Under the pieces are notes generated by a model, which was not told the DNA's origin, did no database searches, and was given only the letters and a program-made list of their open reading frames with translations. The translations under genes were made by a program, and so were the position numbers. A DNA stretch of 64,000 nucleotides, taken from assembly GCA_038064515.1 (NCBI GenBank), contig JBBTSY010000009.1, forward strand, positions 2,155 through 66,154. Direction: 5' to 3'. Shown here piece after piece: positions 1-9,389 of the stretch. The DNA comes from Patescibacteria group bacterium. Lineage in GTDB: Bacteria > Patescibacteriota > Minisyncoccia > 2-02-FULL-40-12 > GWA2-44-9. The number at the start of each line of letters is the position of its first letter. Positions within the stretch are counted from its first letter, which is position 1.

Positions 1-5
1 ATCTA

Positions 6-398
6 ATGCGCGTTGATAATAAGGTTTCAAGAGAAGATAAAATGTTCTATACTCGAACTATGTCTCCTAAAAGCTGGCATCAGCGCCACGTTGATCTCTA
101 CGAAGGCATTATCGTCATTCTCATCGGCGTAGTTATTTTTGGCGGATATTTTTCTTGGAAATATTGGCGTTTGGATGAATCATTGAGTTCAGCTGATAAG
201 ATTTATGCTCCCGCGGCGAGTGATGACCGAACTATTCAAGCTGAATTAGAGATCAGTGCAGAGCAGGCGATTGAAGCTCCCAGAACCAATCCGTTTACCA
301 ACATCAATCTGTCCGCATCAGTGGAAAATAAGGCTCGCCAGACTTCTTATCGGCATGCCTATCTCGGCTCTCTCTTGGGGTTTATTTTGAATCGCTAA
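6..398 (+). CDS. hypothetical single-pass membrane protein
   Basis: 130-aa ORF with one hydrophobic segment (GIIVILIGVVIFGGYF); start codon uncertain. Confidence 0.55.
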   Translation: MRVDNKVSREDKMFYTRTMSPKSWHQRHVDLYEGIIVILIGVVIFGGYFSWKYWRLDESLSSADKIYAPAASDDRTIQAELEISAEQAIEAPRTNPFTNINLSASVENKARQTSYRHAYLGSLLGFILNR

Positions 399-428
399 AC
401 AAATAAATTTTTCTTCATCTTGGTTAAA

Positions 429-446
429 CCCGACCGAAGTGTCGGG
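429..446. repeat. short CCCGA-CGAAGTG-CGGG hairpin (REP-like)
   Basis: cccgaccgaagtgtcggg; related to gtcccgaacgaagtgcgggac at 54336-54356. Confidence 0.4.
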
Positions 447-514
447 GCTTGAAAGTTTTTAGAAAATAGGGTATGATATGCAATAGAAGATAACTGCTTT
501 GGTGCGTTGATCCC

Positions 515-1393
515 ATGAAAAGATCACTTGTTTTTAGCGTAGCGATTGCCCTAATAGTGGCCATAAGCGCTTTCTTACTGCTTAAAAAGCCCGCTATCGC
601 TCCTGAAGAAACCCCGACTCCAACCGGGTTAATTTTTTCCTCGCCGCTTTCGGGAAAAGTGACCGCCACTCCGGTCCCGTCAGGCACGGCTATCATTCAG
701 AATATTATCGTCACATCGCCGTCTGTTAATGCAATTGTGGGAAATCCGATTACGGTAATCGGAAAAGCGCGAGTATTCGAAGGCGTTTTTCAATATGCGC
801 TTCGAGATATGACCGGCAAGGTTTGGTATCGGGCAAATGGTCAAACCGGCGCTCCAGAGGATAGTAATTACCAGCCGTTTACGGTAAAAATTCCGGTTCC
901 AGTTGGCACGCCTAAGGATCTTATTATCGAGGTATTCGAGTATTCCGCCAAAGACGGTTCAATTATTAATCTTGTTCGTGTGCCTGTTCGTTTTTCAACT
1001 CTGACAACTGCGACAGTTAAAGTTTACTTGAGTAGCCATCGTCTTAATAGCGGCGATGTTTGCAGTGTGGTTTTCCCGGTAGAAAGAACCATTATTAAGA
1101 CTCAAGAAACCGCGTACATCTCTCTTACGGAACTCCTTAAAGGTCCCACCGATAGTGACAAGGTTGAACAATATTACACCAGCATTCCTGAAGGTGTGAA
1201 AGTTAACTCTGTGCGCATTACTAATGGGATCGCGTATGCCGATTTTGATGGTACGCTTGAATATCAAGTGGGTGGGTCATGCCGCGTAGGAGTCATTCGA
1301 TTACAGATCACAAATACGCTAAAGCAATTTTCTTCCATCAAAGATGTCGTTATTTCTATCAATGGACGGATTGACGATATTCTCCAGCCGTAA
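515..1393 (+). CDS. membrane-anchored Gmad2 Ig-like plus GerMN domain protein
   Basis: N-terminal TM; ITVIGKARVFEG (Gmad2-like); LLKGPT...GGSCRV...ITNTLKQFSSIKDVVISING (GerMN). Confidence 0.8.
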   Translation: MKRSLVFSVAIALIVAISAFLLLKKPAIAPEETPTPTGLIFSSPLSGKVTATPVPSGTAIIQNIIVTSPSVNAIVGNPITVIGKARVFEGVFQYALRDMTGKVWYRANGQTGAPEDSNYQPFTVKIPVPVGTPKDLIIEVFEYSAKDGSIINLVRVPVRFSTLTTATVKVYLSSHRLNSGDVCSVVFPVERTIIKTQETAYISLTELLKGPTDSDKVEQYYTSIPEGVKVNSVRITNGIAYADFDGTLEYQVGGSCRVGVIRLQITNTLKQFSSIKDVVISINGRIDDILQP

Positions 1394-1401
1394 TTTTCAT
1401 A

Positions 1402-1434
1402 AATAAAACCTCCGCTTGAAGCGGAGGTTTTATT
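1402..1434. terminator. bidirectional intrinsic terminator
   Basis: aataaaacctccgc-ttgaa-gcggaggttttatt between convergent genes. Confidence 0.8.
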
Positions 1435-1436
1435 AT

Positions 1437-1511
1437 TGGGGAGCTAGAGGGAATCGAACCCTCGACCGCGCTGCCACAGAGCGCTGTGATAACCGTTTCA
1501 CCATAGCTCCC
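1437..1511 (-). tRNA. tRNA-His(GTG)
   Basis: Cloverleaf: acceptor GGAGCTA/TAGCTCC, G-1 and C73, anticodon arm GCGCT-CTGTGGC-AGCGC, T loop TTCGATT. Confidence 0.95.
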
Positions 1512-1579
1512 ATCTTTGCAATACTGCATAATACGGTATTTTAAAGCTTATTTCAATGCTTATTGAGTAGAAATAGATG

Positions 1580-1612
1580 CGAGCCGTACCATCTACAGGG
1601 TGGTACGGCTCG
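1580..1612 (-). terminator. hairpin downstream of TraR-like cassette
   Basis: 12-bp inverted repeat cgagccgtacca/tggtacggctcg. Confidence 0.6.
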
Positions 1613-1631
1613 GACGGACACGGGTGTCACG

Positions 1632-2087
1632 TCATAGCTGGGTCGTCGGGCGAAGCTGTTTGCGATGTCGAGGAGCCCTAACAAGTAAGTCTTGTTCCCT
1701 CTCCGTTTCGATCCTTCGCTGACACTGACAGCACCGCCAGCTAAAAGGTGCCCCTTTCTCTATCGCATCACGAATTGCGACAAGGCGGGCTTCGACAAGA
1801 TCCTCCCGGCACTCCGGACAGGCGCCGAAGCTTCCCTCTTTGGCTAGACGATGTGCCGTCGTCAACTGATCTACCAGTTGACGAGATTGCGTCGCAAGCG
1901 CGATGTCAACACTAGGATCTTCCGCTAGTTCAGACTCCACACATCCCAGGTGGGGCAGTTCTGAATCTGCCCTTAACTTGCGAATTCGTTGTGCCGACAC
2001 GTCCACGACGTGGACGTATGTTCTCTGAACTAACTCGAGTATGAGCCTTAGGTGCTCATCTCGAGAGGCAGTTGTTCTGGTCGTCAA
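1632..2087 (-). CDS. DksA/TraR-like C4 zinc-finger protein (cassette 1)
   Basis: EGSFGACPECRE...RLVAI...RCCQCQRRIE matches the DksA/TraR zinc-finger pattern; SD GGAGGGTGA before TTG. Confidence 0.7.
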   Translation of the reverse strand: MTTRTTASRDEHLRLILELVQRTYVHVVDVSAQRIRKLRADSELPHLGCVESELAEDPSVDIALATQSRQLVDQLTTAHRLAKEGSFGACPECREDLVEARLVAIRDAIEKGAPFSWRCCQCQRRIETEREQDLLVRAPRHRKQLRPTTQL

Positions 2088-2117
2088 TGTTCACCCTCCC
2101 TCATAGCAGAAGTATCT

Positions 2118-2146
2118 ATAGTACCCCAGAAGTCAGATTTAGTCAA
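2118..2146 (-). promoter_or_regulatory. sigma70-type promoter of cassette 1
   Basis: TTGACT-N17-TACTAT on minus strand. Confidence 0.6.
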
Positions 2147-2187
2147 AATCATTGAAAAAAAGCATATTTCTGCTAAAGTAATAAAAT

Positions 2188-3948
2188 ATGACGCACTCTG
2201 ACCTTCGTAAAAAATTTCTAGATTTCTTTCGGTCAAAACAGCACGTTGTTATCCCGTCTGCGCCTTTAGTACCCGTCAACGACTCGACGGTCTTATTCAC
2301 CACCGCTGGTATGCACCCACTAACCCCATATCTATTAGGTGAGCTACATCCGGCGGGCACACGCATTGCCAACGTTCAGAAATGCATTCGTACCGGTGAC
2401 ATTGATGAGGTCGGCGACGATACGCACCTCACTTTCTTTGAGATGCTCGGCAACTGGTCGCTGGGGGACTATTTCAAAAAAGACGCCATCGCTTGGAGTT
2501 ATGAGTTCCTGACTTCTCCGAAGTGGCTCAACATCGCGCCCGAACGGCTTGCCTTCTCGTGCTTCACGGGCGATGACGGCGCGCCGAAAGACGAAGAAGC
2601 TACTGCAATTTGGAAATCGTTAGGTATCCCTGATTCGCGCATTGTATTTTTGGGACGCGATGCGAACTGGTGGGGCCCCGCCGGTCAGACCGGCCCCTGC
2701 GGACCCGACACCGAAATGTTCTATTGGATAGACAACGATATTCCGGCACCGGAGCGATTTGATCCGTTCGATGTGCGCTGGGTTGAAATCTGGAACGATG
2801 TGTTCATGCAGTACCGCAAAACAGAATTAGGCATCTTTGAACTGCTCACAAAACCCAATGTTGATACCGGTATGGGCTTGGAGCGCACACTTGCAGTGCT
2901 CAATGGTAAATCTTCAGTGTACGACACTGAATTATTTGTGCCGTTGCTGAAAACGCTTCGCGAGCTATCAACGATTACTGAAGAGGAGAGCGAGCGCAAG
3001 CTCCGTATCATCGCGGATCACATGCGCGCCGCGGCGTTCATCATTACCGACGGCATCGAGCCTTCCAATAAAGATCGCGGATATGTCCTGCGGCGTCTTC
3101 TTCGTCGCGCGATAGTGTACGCGCAACAGTTGGGCATGCACACGGGCTGGCATAAACCGTTCATAGAAGCGCTTGTGGGTGTTTTGGGTGAAGCGTACCC
3201 CGAGCTGAAAACTAGTCAGGATATTATTGATCGCGCCATCATTATCGAAACGGACAAATTTGAAAAAACATTAGATAAGGGACTGCGAGAATTTAATAAA
3301 CTAAAAACAATCGCCGGTACCGATGCCTTCAACCTGTACCAGACCTACGGTTTCCCGTGGGAGCTTACGCACGAGCTTGCACTCGCACGAGGCATGCAAG
3401 TGGAGAAGTCGCAATTCGAAGCAGAATTTACAAAACATAAGGATCTCTCCCGCACGGCTTCTGTTGGCACATTCAAGGGAGGACTTGCCGACCATTCTGA
3501 TATAGTTGTGCGCTATCACACCGCCACCCACCTCATGCACAAAGCATTGCGCGATGTACTGGGCGCGCATGTGATACAGAAAGGGAGCAACATCAATGCC
3601 GAACGAACGCGGTTTGATTTCTCGCATCCCGTCAAAATGACGTACGAGCAGATTGCAAAAGTGGAAGCGCTAGTGAACGACTGGATTCGTCGCGACCTTC
3701 CGATGACACGCGAGATGATGCCCAAAGAAAAAGCGCTTGAACTCGGCGCGCTGGGCGCATTTGGCGAGAAATACGGCGACACTGTATCGGTGTATACTAT
3801 TACCGATCCGGCAACCGGGGAGGTTGTAAGCCGTGAATTTTGTGGCGGTCCGCATGTGGAGCGCACCGGCGCGATCGGAAAATTTAAAATTATTAAGGAG
3901 GAAGCGGTGAGCGCGGGTGTCCGCCGGATTCGCGCAACCCTAAATTAG
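2188..3948 (+). CDS. alaS: alanine--tRNA ligase (short form, no C-Ala domain)
   Basis: LFTTAGM, HLTFFEMLGN, DTGMGLER, editing-domain HTATH and CGGPH motifs. Confidence 0.97.
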   Translation: MTHSDLRKKFLDFFRSKQHVVIPSAPLVPVNDSTVLFTTAGMHPLTPYLLGELHPAGTRIANVQKCIRTGDIDEVGDDTHLTFFEMLGNWSLGDYFKKDAIAWSYEFLTSPKWLNIAPERLAFSCFTGDDGAPKDEEATAIWKSLGIPDSRIVFLGRDANWWGPAGQTGPCGPDTEMFYWIDNDIPAPERFDPFDVRWVEIWNDVFMQYRKTELGIFELLTKPNVDTGMGLERTLAVLNGKSSVYDTELFVPLLKTLRELSTITEEESERKLRIIADHMRAAAFIITDGIEPSNKDRGYVLRRLLRRAIVYAQQLGMHTGWHKPFIEALVGVLGEAYPELKTSQDIIDRAIIIETDKFEKTLDKGLREFNKLKTIAGTDAFNLYQTYGFPWELTHELALARGMQVEKSQFEAEFTKHKDLSRTASVGTFKGGLADHSDIVVRYHTATHLMHKALRDVLGAHVIQKGSNINAERTRFDFSHPVKMTYEQIAKVEALVNDWIRRDLPMTREMMPKEKALELGALGAFGEKYGDTVSVYTITDPATGEVVSREFCGGPHVERTGAIGKFKIIKEEAVSAGVRRIRATLN

Positions 3949-3952
3949 TTTT

Positions 3953-4351
3953 ATGACTATCAAACCTAACTTCATTATTCTCTGTGATCAGGCGTTCCTG
4001 ACCGCGGGAACAAATAACCTCAATCTGATTGGGATCTTTACGACTATTCATGCGGAGCAATTTCCATTTACCTACCGCAGATTCGCGTTGGTTATCAATT
4101 TTGATTCCGATAGCCTGGGGATGCACGCGTTAGAAACCCGTATTGTTGATGAGAACGATAAAGAACTTATCAAGAGCGAGCTGAAAATCAATATCAGCTC
4201 CTCGCCATTCCAAGTAATCGCGAATTTTGAGAACTTTACATTCTCTATTCCCGGGAAATACGAGATAAAGATCTCTCTCGAAGGAAAAGGAATTGGATCT
4301 CGCGTACTAATCGTAAATCCAGTCGTTAAGCAGACAACACATATCGCCTAA
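3953..4351 (+). CDS. hypothetical beta-rich protein (DUF6941-like)
   Basis: ILCDQA...NLNLIGIF...FSIPGKYEI pattern; operonic with alaS. Confidence 0.6.
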   Translation: MTIKPNFIILCDQAFLTAGTNNLNLIGIFTTIHAEQFPFTYRRFALVINFDSDSLGMHALETRIVDENDKELIKSELKINISSSPFQVIANFENFTFSIPGKYEIKISLEGKGIGSRVLIVNPVVKQTTHIA

Positions 4352-4353
4352 TT

Positions 4354-5340
4354 ATGGTTTATGGCTTCTGGGAAAAACTTCAGCCAAAGGCTGATCCGCC
4401 TCTGGCGGGAAAACAGCCATTTTTCGTTTTGGCGCCGATGGCCGATGTCACCGATGCCGCATTTCGACAGATTATTTTACAATGCGGAAAACCCGATATC
4501 TTATATACGGAGTTTGTCTCGTGTGACGGATTGTGTTCTCGAGGCCGCGAACGGCTGATAAAGGACTTAATCTTTACAGAAAGTGAGCGCCCGATTGTTG
4601 CCCAGTTTTTCGGTTCAAAACCGGAGAATTTTTATAAGTGTGCCGAATTAGCAAAAAAACTTGGTTTTGACGGCATTGATATCAATATGGGTTGTCCTGA
4701 TCGCAAGATGATCAAGCAGGGCGCCGGTATCGGACTTTGTAAAACTCCTGAACTTGCGCGAGAGATCATTCGAGCTACCCAAGAAGGCGCGGCAGATATT
4801 CCCGTTTCCGTTAAAACACGCCTAGGTCTCTATGAAATAGATCTCGCCTGGATTCAAAATCTGCTCGACGCAAAGATTCCCGCGCTCATAGTGCATGGTC
4901 GCACTATGAAAGAAATGTCAAAGGTTCCCGCTCATTGGGATGTCATCGGCGAAGTTGCAAAAATGGCGAAAGATACCGGCACGCTAATCGTCGGCAACGG
5001 TGACATTATGAGTCGACAGGAGGGGATCGAGAGAGCGCAACAATACGGTATTGACGGCATTATGGTGGGGCGAGGCATTTTTTATAACCCTTGGTTTTTT
5101 TCAGTCAAAAACGAACCAGTCTCTGGCCGAAATACAAAAGATCGGCTGGCGCTTCTGCTTCAACACACTCTGCTTTTCAAGCAATTATGGGGCGATACAA
5201 AAAGCTTTGATCTGATGAAAAAATTCTATAAGGCGTATGTTTCGGGTTGGGATGGAGCAAAAGATTTACGGATTCAACTGATGAATGTAAAAAATGAACA
5301 GCAAGTAAGGGAAATTATAGAACCCTACGCAAATAGGTAG
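4354..5340 (+). CDS. dus: tRNA-dihydrouridine synthase
   Basis: LAPMADVTD, IDINMGCP, SVKTRLG, VHGRT, GNGDI, MVGRG motifs. Confidence 0.95.
   Translation: MVYGFWEKLQPKADPPLAGKQPFFVLAPMADVTDAAFRQIILQCGKPDILYTEFVSCDGLCSRGRERLIKDLIFTESERPIVAQFFGSKPENFYKCAELAKKLGFDGIDINMGCPDRKMIKQGAGIGLCKTPELAREIIRATQEGAADIPVSVKTRLGLYEIDLAWIQNLLDAKIPALIVHGRTMKEMSKVPAHWDVIGEVAKMAKDTGTLIVGNGDIMSRQEGIERAQQYGIDGIMVGRGIFYNPWFFSVKNEPVSGRNTKDRLALLLQHTLLFKQLWGDTKSFDLMKKFYKAYVSGWDGAKDLRIQLMNVKNEQQVREIIEPYANR
4381..4408 (+). repeat. in-frame double mini-hairpin in dus
   Basis: cagcc-aaa-ggctg-at-ccgcc-tct-ggcgg; same architecture in dnaK at 47445-47474. Confidence 0.75.
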
Positions 5341-5361
5341 AGGTGTGACTGTAAAATAACA

Positions 5362-5387
5362 CGCGGGAACCTTTTGGGGCTCCCGCG
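5362..5387 (-). terminator. intrinsic terminator of cassette 2
   Basis: cgcgggaacc/gggctcccgcg stem followed by TGTTATTTT on minus strand. Confidence 0.6.
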
Positions 5388-5404
5388 GGGGTGCGTGGAT
5401 AGAC

Positions 5405-5821
5405 CTAGTGGCGCCAGCGGGGTTTGTCGAAAAGGCCAGTCAGTGACTTGTAGCCCTTTCCAAAATCCGTTGGTTTGGTCATAAGGAACAACTTGTCCGG
5501 TGAGACATCTTCCTCCCGCTTGGCCAGACTTGGCCGATGTCCGCACGAACATGCTGGTTTGCGCGGTTCCTCGATGAACTCGTTGAGGAGTTCTTTGAAG
5601 ATGCCCGCGGCTGTTTCGGCCGCTTCGTCAAGAAACTCGGGCTGGGAGATGGTTACGATTCCGTCCTTGATGCTGACTATCGGCTCATCGTCGACAATCA
5701 GATCTTTGAGCTCCGCCATCTCCCTCTGGGCCAGTCTCACGAGCTCACGGTAGATCATGACTCGTCCTTCTCCCTTGAGGTGTGTTCGAATTCCTTTCGG
5801 AATGCCGCTGGTACGTGACAT
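5405..5821 (-). CDS. orphan protein, 138 aa (cassette 2)
   Basis: Start reassigned to ATG 5821 (SD-like GGAGCAGGAG; promoter overlaps the longer predicted ORF); GC-rich codons. Confidence 0.65.
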   Translation of the reverse strand: MSRTSGIPKGIRTHLKGEGRVMIYRELVRLAQREMAELKDLIVDDEPIVSIKDGIVTISQPEFLDEAAETAAGIFKELLNEFIEEPRKPACSCGHRPSLAKREEDVSPDKLFLMTKPTDFGKGYKSLTGLFDKPRWRH

Positions 5822-5892
5822 TTTGGTTCTCCTGCTCCAACGCACTGTTGATTGTTTGCACATTCTCAAATGCGCGCGATACTGCTCGCGTA

Positions 5893-5921
5893 ATGATACC
5901 ACTTTATAAACATCAAGTCAA
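5893..5921 (-). promoter_or_regulatory. sigma70-type promoter of cassette 2
   Basis: TTGACT-N17-TATCAT with extended -10 TG. Confidence 0.6.
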
Positions 5922-5957
5922 TTATACCAAATATGTAGGCGTGATATGATAATTTAA

Positions 5958-8900
5958 ATGAAATCAAAAAGAAAAACTCCTACGCCAAAACTATTTCAGG
6001 AATATTACAAACAGCTCAACCCAGAGCAGAAAAATGCCGTTGATGCAATTGAGGGTCCGATTATGGTGATCGCCGGTCCCGGGACTGGCAAGACCCAGAT
6101 ACTGACGCTTCGTATTGCCAACATTCTTCAGCAGACGGATACGCCTCCTGAAGCAGTTTTAGCTCTTACGTTTACTGAATCCGGCGTAGTCTCCATGCGA
6201 AAGCGTCTCGCTGAAATTATCGGGAGCGCCGCATATCGCGTTGTTATTACCACGTTCCATGGTTTTTGTAATGACATCATTCGGAGCTATCCGGAGGAAT
6301 TTCCCCATATTATCGGTTCCGAAAGTATTACCGAAATTGAGCAGATAGAAATCATGCAACAGGTCATCGATACAGCTTCCATCAAGGAGCTTCGGCCGTT
6401 CGGCGACCGGTTCTATTATCTCAAACCTGCTATTCAGGCTATCAATACGTTGAAGCAAGAAGGTATCTCGCCGGAACGCTTCCGAACCTTGATCGACGCG
6501 GAAGAAAAGGCGTTCTCCGCCATCGATGATCTGTATTATGAAAAAGGAGCCTACAAGGGCAAAATGAAAGGTACGTATCAGGATCAGCTCAAACATCTGA
6601 AGCGCAATGCCGAACTGGCAACACTCTATGCCGCCTACCAGAAATCTCTGCGCGATAATAAGTTATACGATTATAGCGATATGATAATGGAAGTTGTGGC
6701 CATGCTGGAGCGCGACCCAGAGCTTCTCCTCACGCTTCAGGAGAAATACCTTTACTTTTTAGTAGACGAGCACCAGGATACGAACAATTCGCAGAATCGC
6801 ATTCTTGAATTAATTGCTAGCTACCATGACAACCCCAATCTGTTCGTGGTGGGTGATGAGAAACAAGCTATTTTTCGATTTCAGGGCGCATCGCTGGAAA
6901 ACTTCCATTACTTCAAGAATCTGTACAAAGGTGCCCAGATCATCGATCTCCAACATAACTATCGTTCCACGCAGACTATTTTGGACGTAGCCGTCTCGCT
7001 AATGAATCCCGTTAGAAGTCTCGCTCGCGCCAGAGGCGCGAGTCTTAAGGACCTCGGCGAGGCTACTTCTAACGGGATGAAACGCGGAGAGCTTAAAGCC
7101 CACAGCACATATTCTGAACAAAAAATCGCCCTGTATGAATTCACGACACCCGATGTCGAACAATATTTCTTGGCGAAAAGCATTGCCGATAAAATCGCAT
7201 CAGGCACGAAGCCAGAAGAGATTGCTATTTTGTATCGGGACAACGCCGATGCGATGCCAATCGCCCTGATGCTGGAGAAGGTCGGTATTTCATTCGCGAT
7301 TGAATCCGATCAGAATCTTCTCCGCGATGAGGACGTCCAAAAATTACTCTATATTTTGCGGGCGGTGAAAACATTCGGCGAACCGGGAGCGCTCTTGAAA
7401 ATGCTTCACGTCGATTTTCTCAAGATTGAGCCACTCGATATTTATAAAGTCGCGGAGTATAGTCGGGCACAACGGATGAATCCGTATGACGTCATTAAGA
7501 GTGACAAAGAGCTCAAAGCCACAAAAGTAGGAGATGTCAAAAGCCTCATAGACTTGTATACTAAGCTTTCATCATGGAAAATCGCTTCTGCTAACAAGGG
7601 CGCCGCCGAAACATTTGAAACAATTGTCCGCGATTCGGGTTTCCTGAATTACATTTTAAGTTTGCCGGATGCGTTCGAAAAAATCGAAAAAGTCCGGACG
7701 CTGTTCGACCAGATCAAAGGATTAATACAGACTCATCGCGATTATACGCTTGATCAGTTCCTTTCGTATCTCGATATGTTGCAGGAACATGAAGTATTGG
7801 TAAAAAATAAATTAATCACCCGAAACAGCGGCAATGTACGGCTGATGACGGCGCATCGGTCGAAAGGATTAGAGTTTGAATACGTGTATCTGACGAATAT
7901 GTACGACGGACACTGGGGCAATCGCCGCCGGATAGGCCATTTCAAGATTCCTAAATCAGCCTTTGCCCTTTCAAGCGCGAGCCTGATCAATGAAACACTC
8001 GACAATGAAGACGAACGCAATCTGCTGTATGTAGCCCTGACGCGTGCCAAGAAAGAAGTCGCGCTATGCTACGCCCGGCAAGGATATAACGGCCGTGAAC
8101 AGATTCCTTCGCAATTTATGCAGGAGATTGATCAGGATTTAATCATCGAAGGCGACAGTCAAATGTATGAGAAGGCCTTCCTTAAGGAAAAAGAGATTCT
8201 CTTTGCGCAACCAGCGATTACTAAACCCGGAGTAAAGGATAAGGAGTTTCTTAATCAGCTTTTCCGAAAATATGGCTTATCGGTAACGGCGCTCAACAAC
8301 TACCTGGAGTGCCCTTGGCGGTATTTCTATATAAACCTGCTCCGTATCCCGGAAGCTCCCAATAAGCACCTGGCATACGGTAATGCCGTACATTCGGCTT
8401 TGCGTGAATTCTTCGATTGCTGGGTGCAAGGAGATGATAAAGGCTCGGAATTTCTCATTAAGCGTTTTAAAGAATCGCTTTCCCATCAGCCCATTACTCA
8501 AGGCGACTATAGCGAGGCTCTAGCCAAGGGCGAACAGGCGCTCGCGGGCTATTATACGAATTATCACAGTACCTGGAACAAGAATATCCGCAATGAATTT
8601 AAAATAGACGGCATCGAACTGACGCCTGATGTTCGCTTAAACGGTACCATTGACCGCCTAGAGATTTTGGATAGCGCAGGCCTGCCTGCGCAGGCAGGAA
8701 AGGTTAATGTCATAGATTACAAAACAGGAAAGCCGTTATCACGAAACCAGATCGAAGGCGCTACCGCAACATCAGACGGAAATTATAAGCGGCAACTTGT
8801 ATTTTATAATCTACTTCTAAATCGATTTGATGACGGCAAGTATCGATTTCAACAGGGGATCATCGATTTCATTGAACCGGACATTAGAGGGAGCTTTAGG

Positions 8901-9056
8901 CGAGAGGCATTTAGTATTGATCCTAAGGAAGTAAGTGATCTTGAAGAGCAGGTCATGGCAGTGGCAGGTGAGATTATGAATCTTGATTTCTGGGAAAAGG
9001 GCTGTAAAGAAAAAGATTGCGAGTACTGCAAGCTGCGTAAATTACTGAATTCATAA
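5958..9056 (+). CDS. UvrD/PcrA-like SF1 helicase fused to PD-(D/E)XK nuclease domain
   Basis: IAGPGTGKT, VDEHQD, VGDEKQAIFRFQGA, HRSKGLEF, YVALTRA; C-terminal GTIDR...IDYKTG plus ECP...C..CEYC cysteines. Confidence 0.92.
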   Translation: MKSKRKTPTPKLFQEYYKQLNPEQKNAVDAIEGPIMVIAGPGTGKTQILTLRIANILQQTDTPPEAVLALTFTESGVVSMRKRLAEIIGSAAYRVVITTFHGFCNDIIRSYPEEFPHIIGSESITEIEQIEIMQQVIDTASIKELRPFGDRFYYLKPAIQAINTLKQEGISPERFRTLIDAEEKAFSAIDDLYYEKGAYKGKMKGTYQDQLKHLKRNAELATLYAAYQKSLRDNKLYDYSDMIMEVVAMLERDPELLLTLQEKYLYFLVDEHQDTNNSQNRILELIASYHDNPNLFVVGDEKQAIFRFQGASLENFHYFKNLYKGAQIIDLQHNYRSTQTILDVAVSLMNPVRSLARARGASLKDLGEATSNGMKRGELKAHSTYSEQKIALYEFTTPDVEQYFLAKSIADKIASGTKPEEIAILYRDNADAMPIALMLEKVGISFAIESDQNLLRDEDVQKLLYILRAVKTFGEPGALLKMLHVDFLKIEPLDIYKVAEYSRAQRMNPYDVIKSDKELKATKVGDVKSLIDLYTKLSSWKIASANKGAAETFETIVRDSGFLNYILSLPDAFEKIEKVRTLFDQIKGLIQTHRDYTLDQFLSYLDMLQEHEVLVKNKLITRNSGNVRLMTAHRSKGLEFEYVYLTNMYDGHWGNRRRIGHFKIPKSAFALSSASLINETLDNEDERNLLYVALTRAKKEVALCYARQGYNGREQIPSQFMQEIDQDLIIEGDSQMYEKAFLKEKEILFAQPAITKPGVKDKEFLNQLFRKYGLSVTALNNYLECPWRYFYINLLRIPEAPNKHLAYGNAVHSALREFFDCWVQGDDKGSEFLIKRFKESLSHQPITQGDYSEALAKGEQALAGYYTNYHSTWNKNIRNEFKIDGIELTPDVRLNGTIDRLEILDSAGLPAQAGKVNVIDYKTGKPLSRNQIEGATATSDGNYKRQLVFYNLLLNRFDDGKYRFQQGIIDFIEPDIRGSFRREAFSIDPKEVSDLEEQVMAVAGEIMNLDFWEKGCKEKDCEYCKLRKLLNS
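7002..7081 (+). mobile_element. ATGAA-flanked hairpin element, in-frame 75-bp insertion in helicase
   Basis: ATGAA-TCCCGTTAGAAGT...ACTTCTAACGGG-ATGAA; adds 25 codons. Confidence 0.7.
8681..8698. repeat. perfect 18-bp palindrome in frame in helicase nuclease domain
   Basis: cctgcctgcgcaggcagg within GLPAQAG, between GTIDRLE and VIDYKTG. Confidence 0.75.
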
Positions 9057-9059
9057 AGA

Positions 9060-9090
9060 GGAGCCCCCGGCGTGCGTATGCCAGGGCTTC
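9060..9090 (-). terminator. hairpin terminator of cassette 3
   Basis: gaagccctggc...gccgggggctcc followed by tcttt on minus strand. Confidence 0.55.
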
Positions 9091-9108
9091 TGAACGAGAG
9101 GAGCGTTG

Positions 9109-9222
9109 CTACTTCGGCAGGCTCTCGTTGGTTACCACTTTGTCGATGTGGTAGATGAAAGAGATGATCAGGATGCTTCCTGCGATGAGCAGGAATGCCC
9201 CCAGACCGCGCAGAACTTCCAT
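9109..9222 (-). CDS. 37-aa single-TM small protein (cassette 3; not in ORF track)
   Basis: MEVLRGLGAFLLIAGSILIISFIYHIDKVVTNESLPK*; perfect SD TAAGGAGG; own promoter and terminator. Confidence 0.75.
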   Translation of the reverse strand: MEVLRGLGAFLLIAGSILIISFIYHIDKVVTNESLPK

Positions 9223-9255
9223 GGCTGCCTCCTTAAATGAGTTACTAACTCGCCA

Positions 9256-9284
9256 ATAATAACATAGGTAAGCATAAAAGTCAA
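9256..9284 (-). promoter_or_regulatory. sigma70-type promoter of cassette 3
   Basis: TTGACT-N17-TATTAT with extended -10 TG. Confidence 0.6.
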
Positions 9285-9389
9285 TATATTACTCCTTTGC
9301 GATTTACATTATAAAACATTGATATGAATCTTATTGTTCTATCCACAGATTACATATTAATGTTATGGTTCCTGTGATACAGTGGTGAT

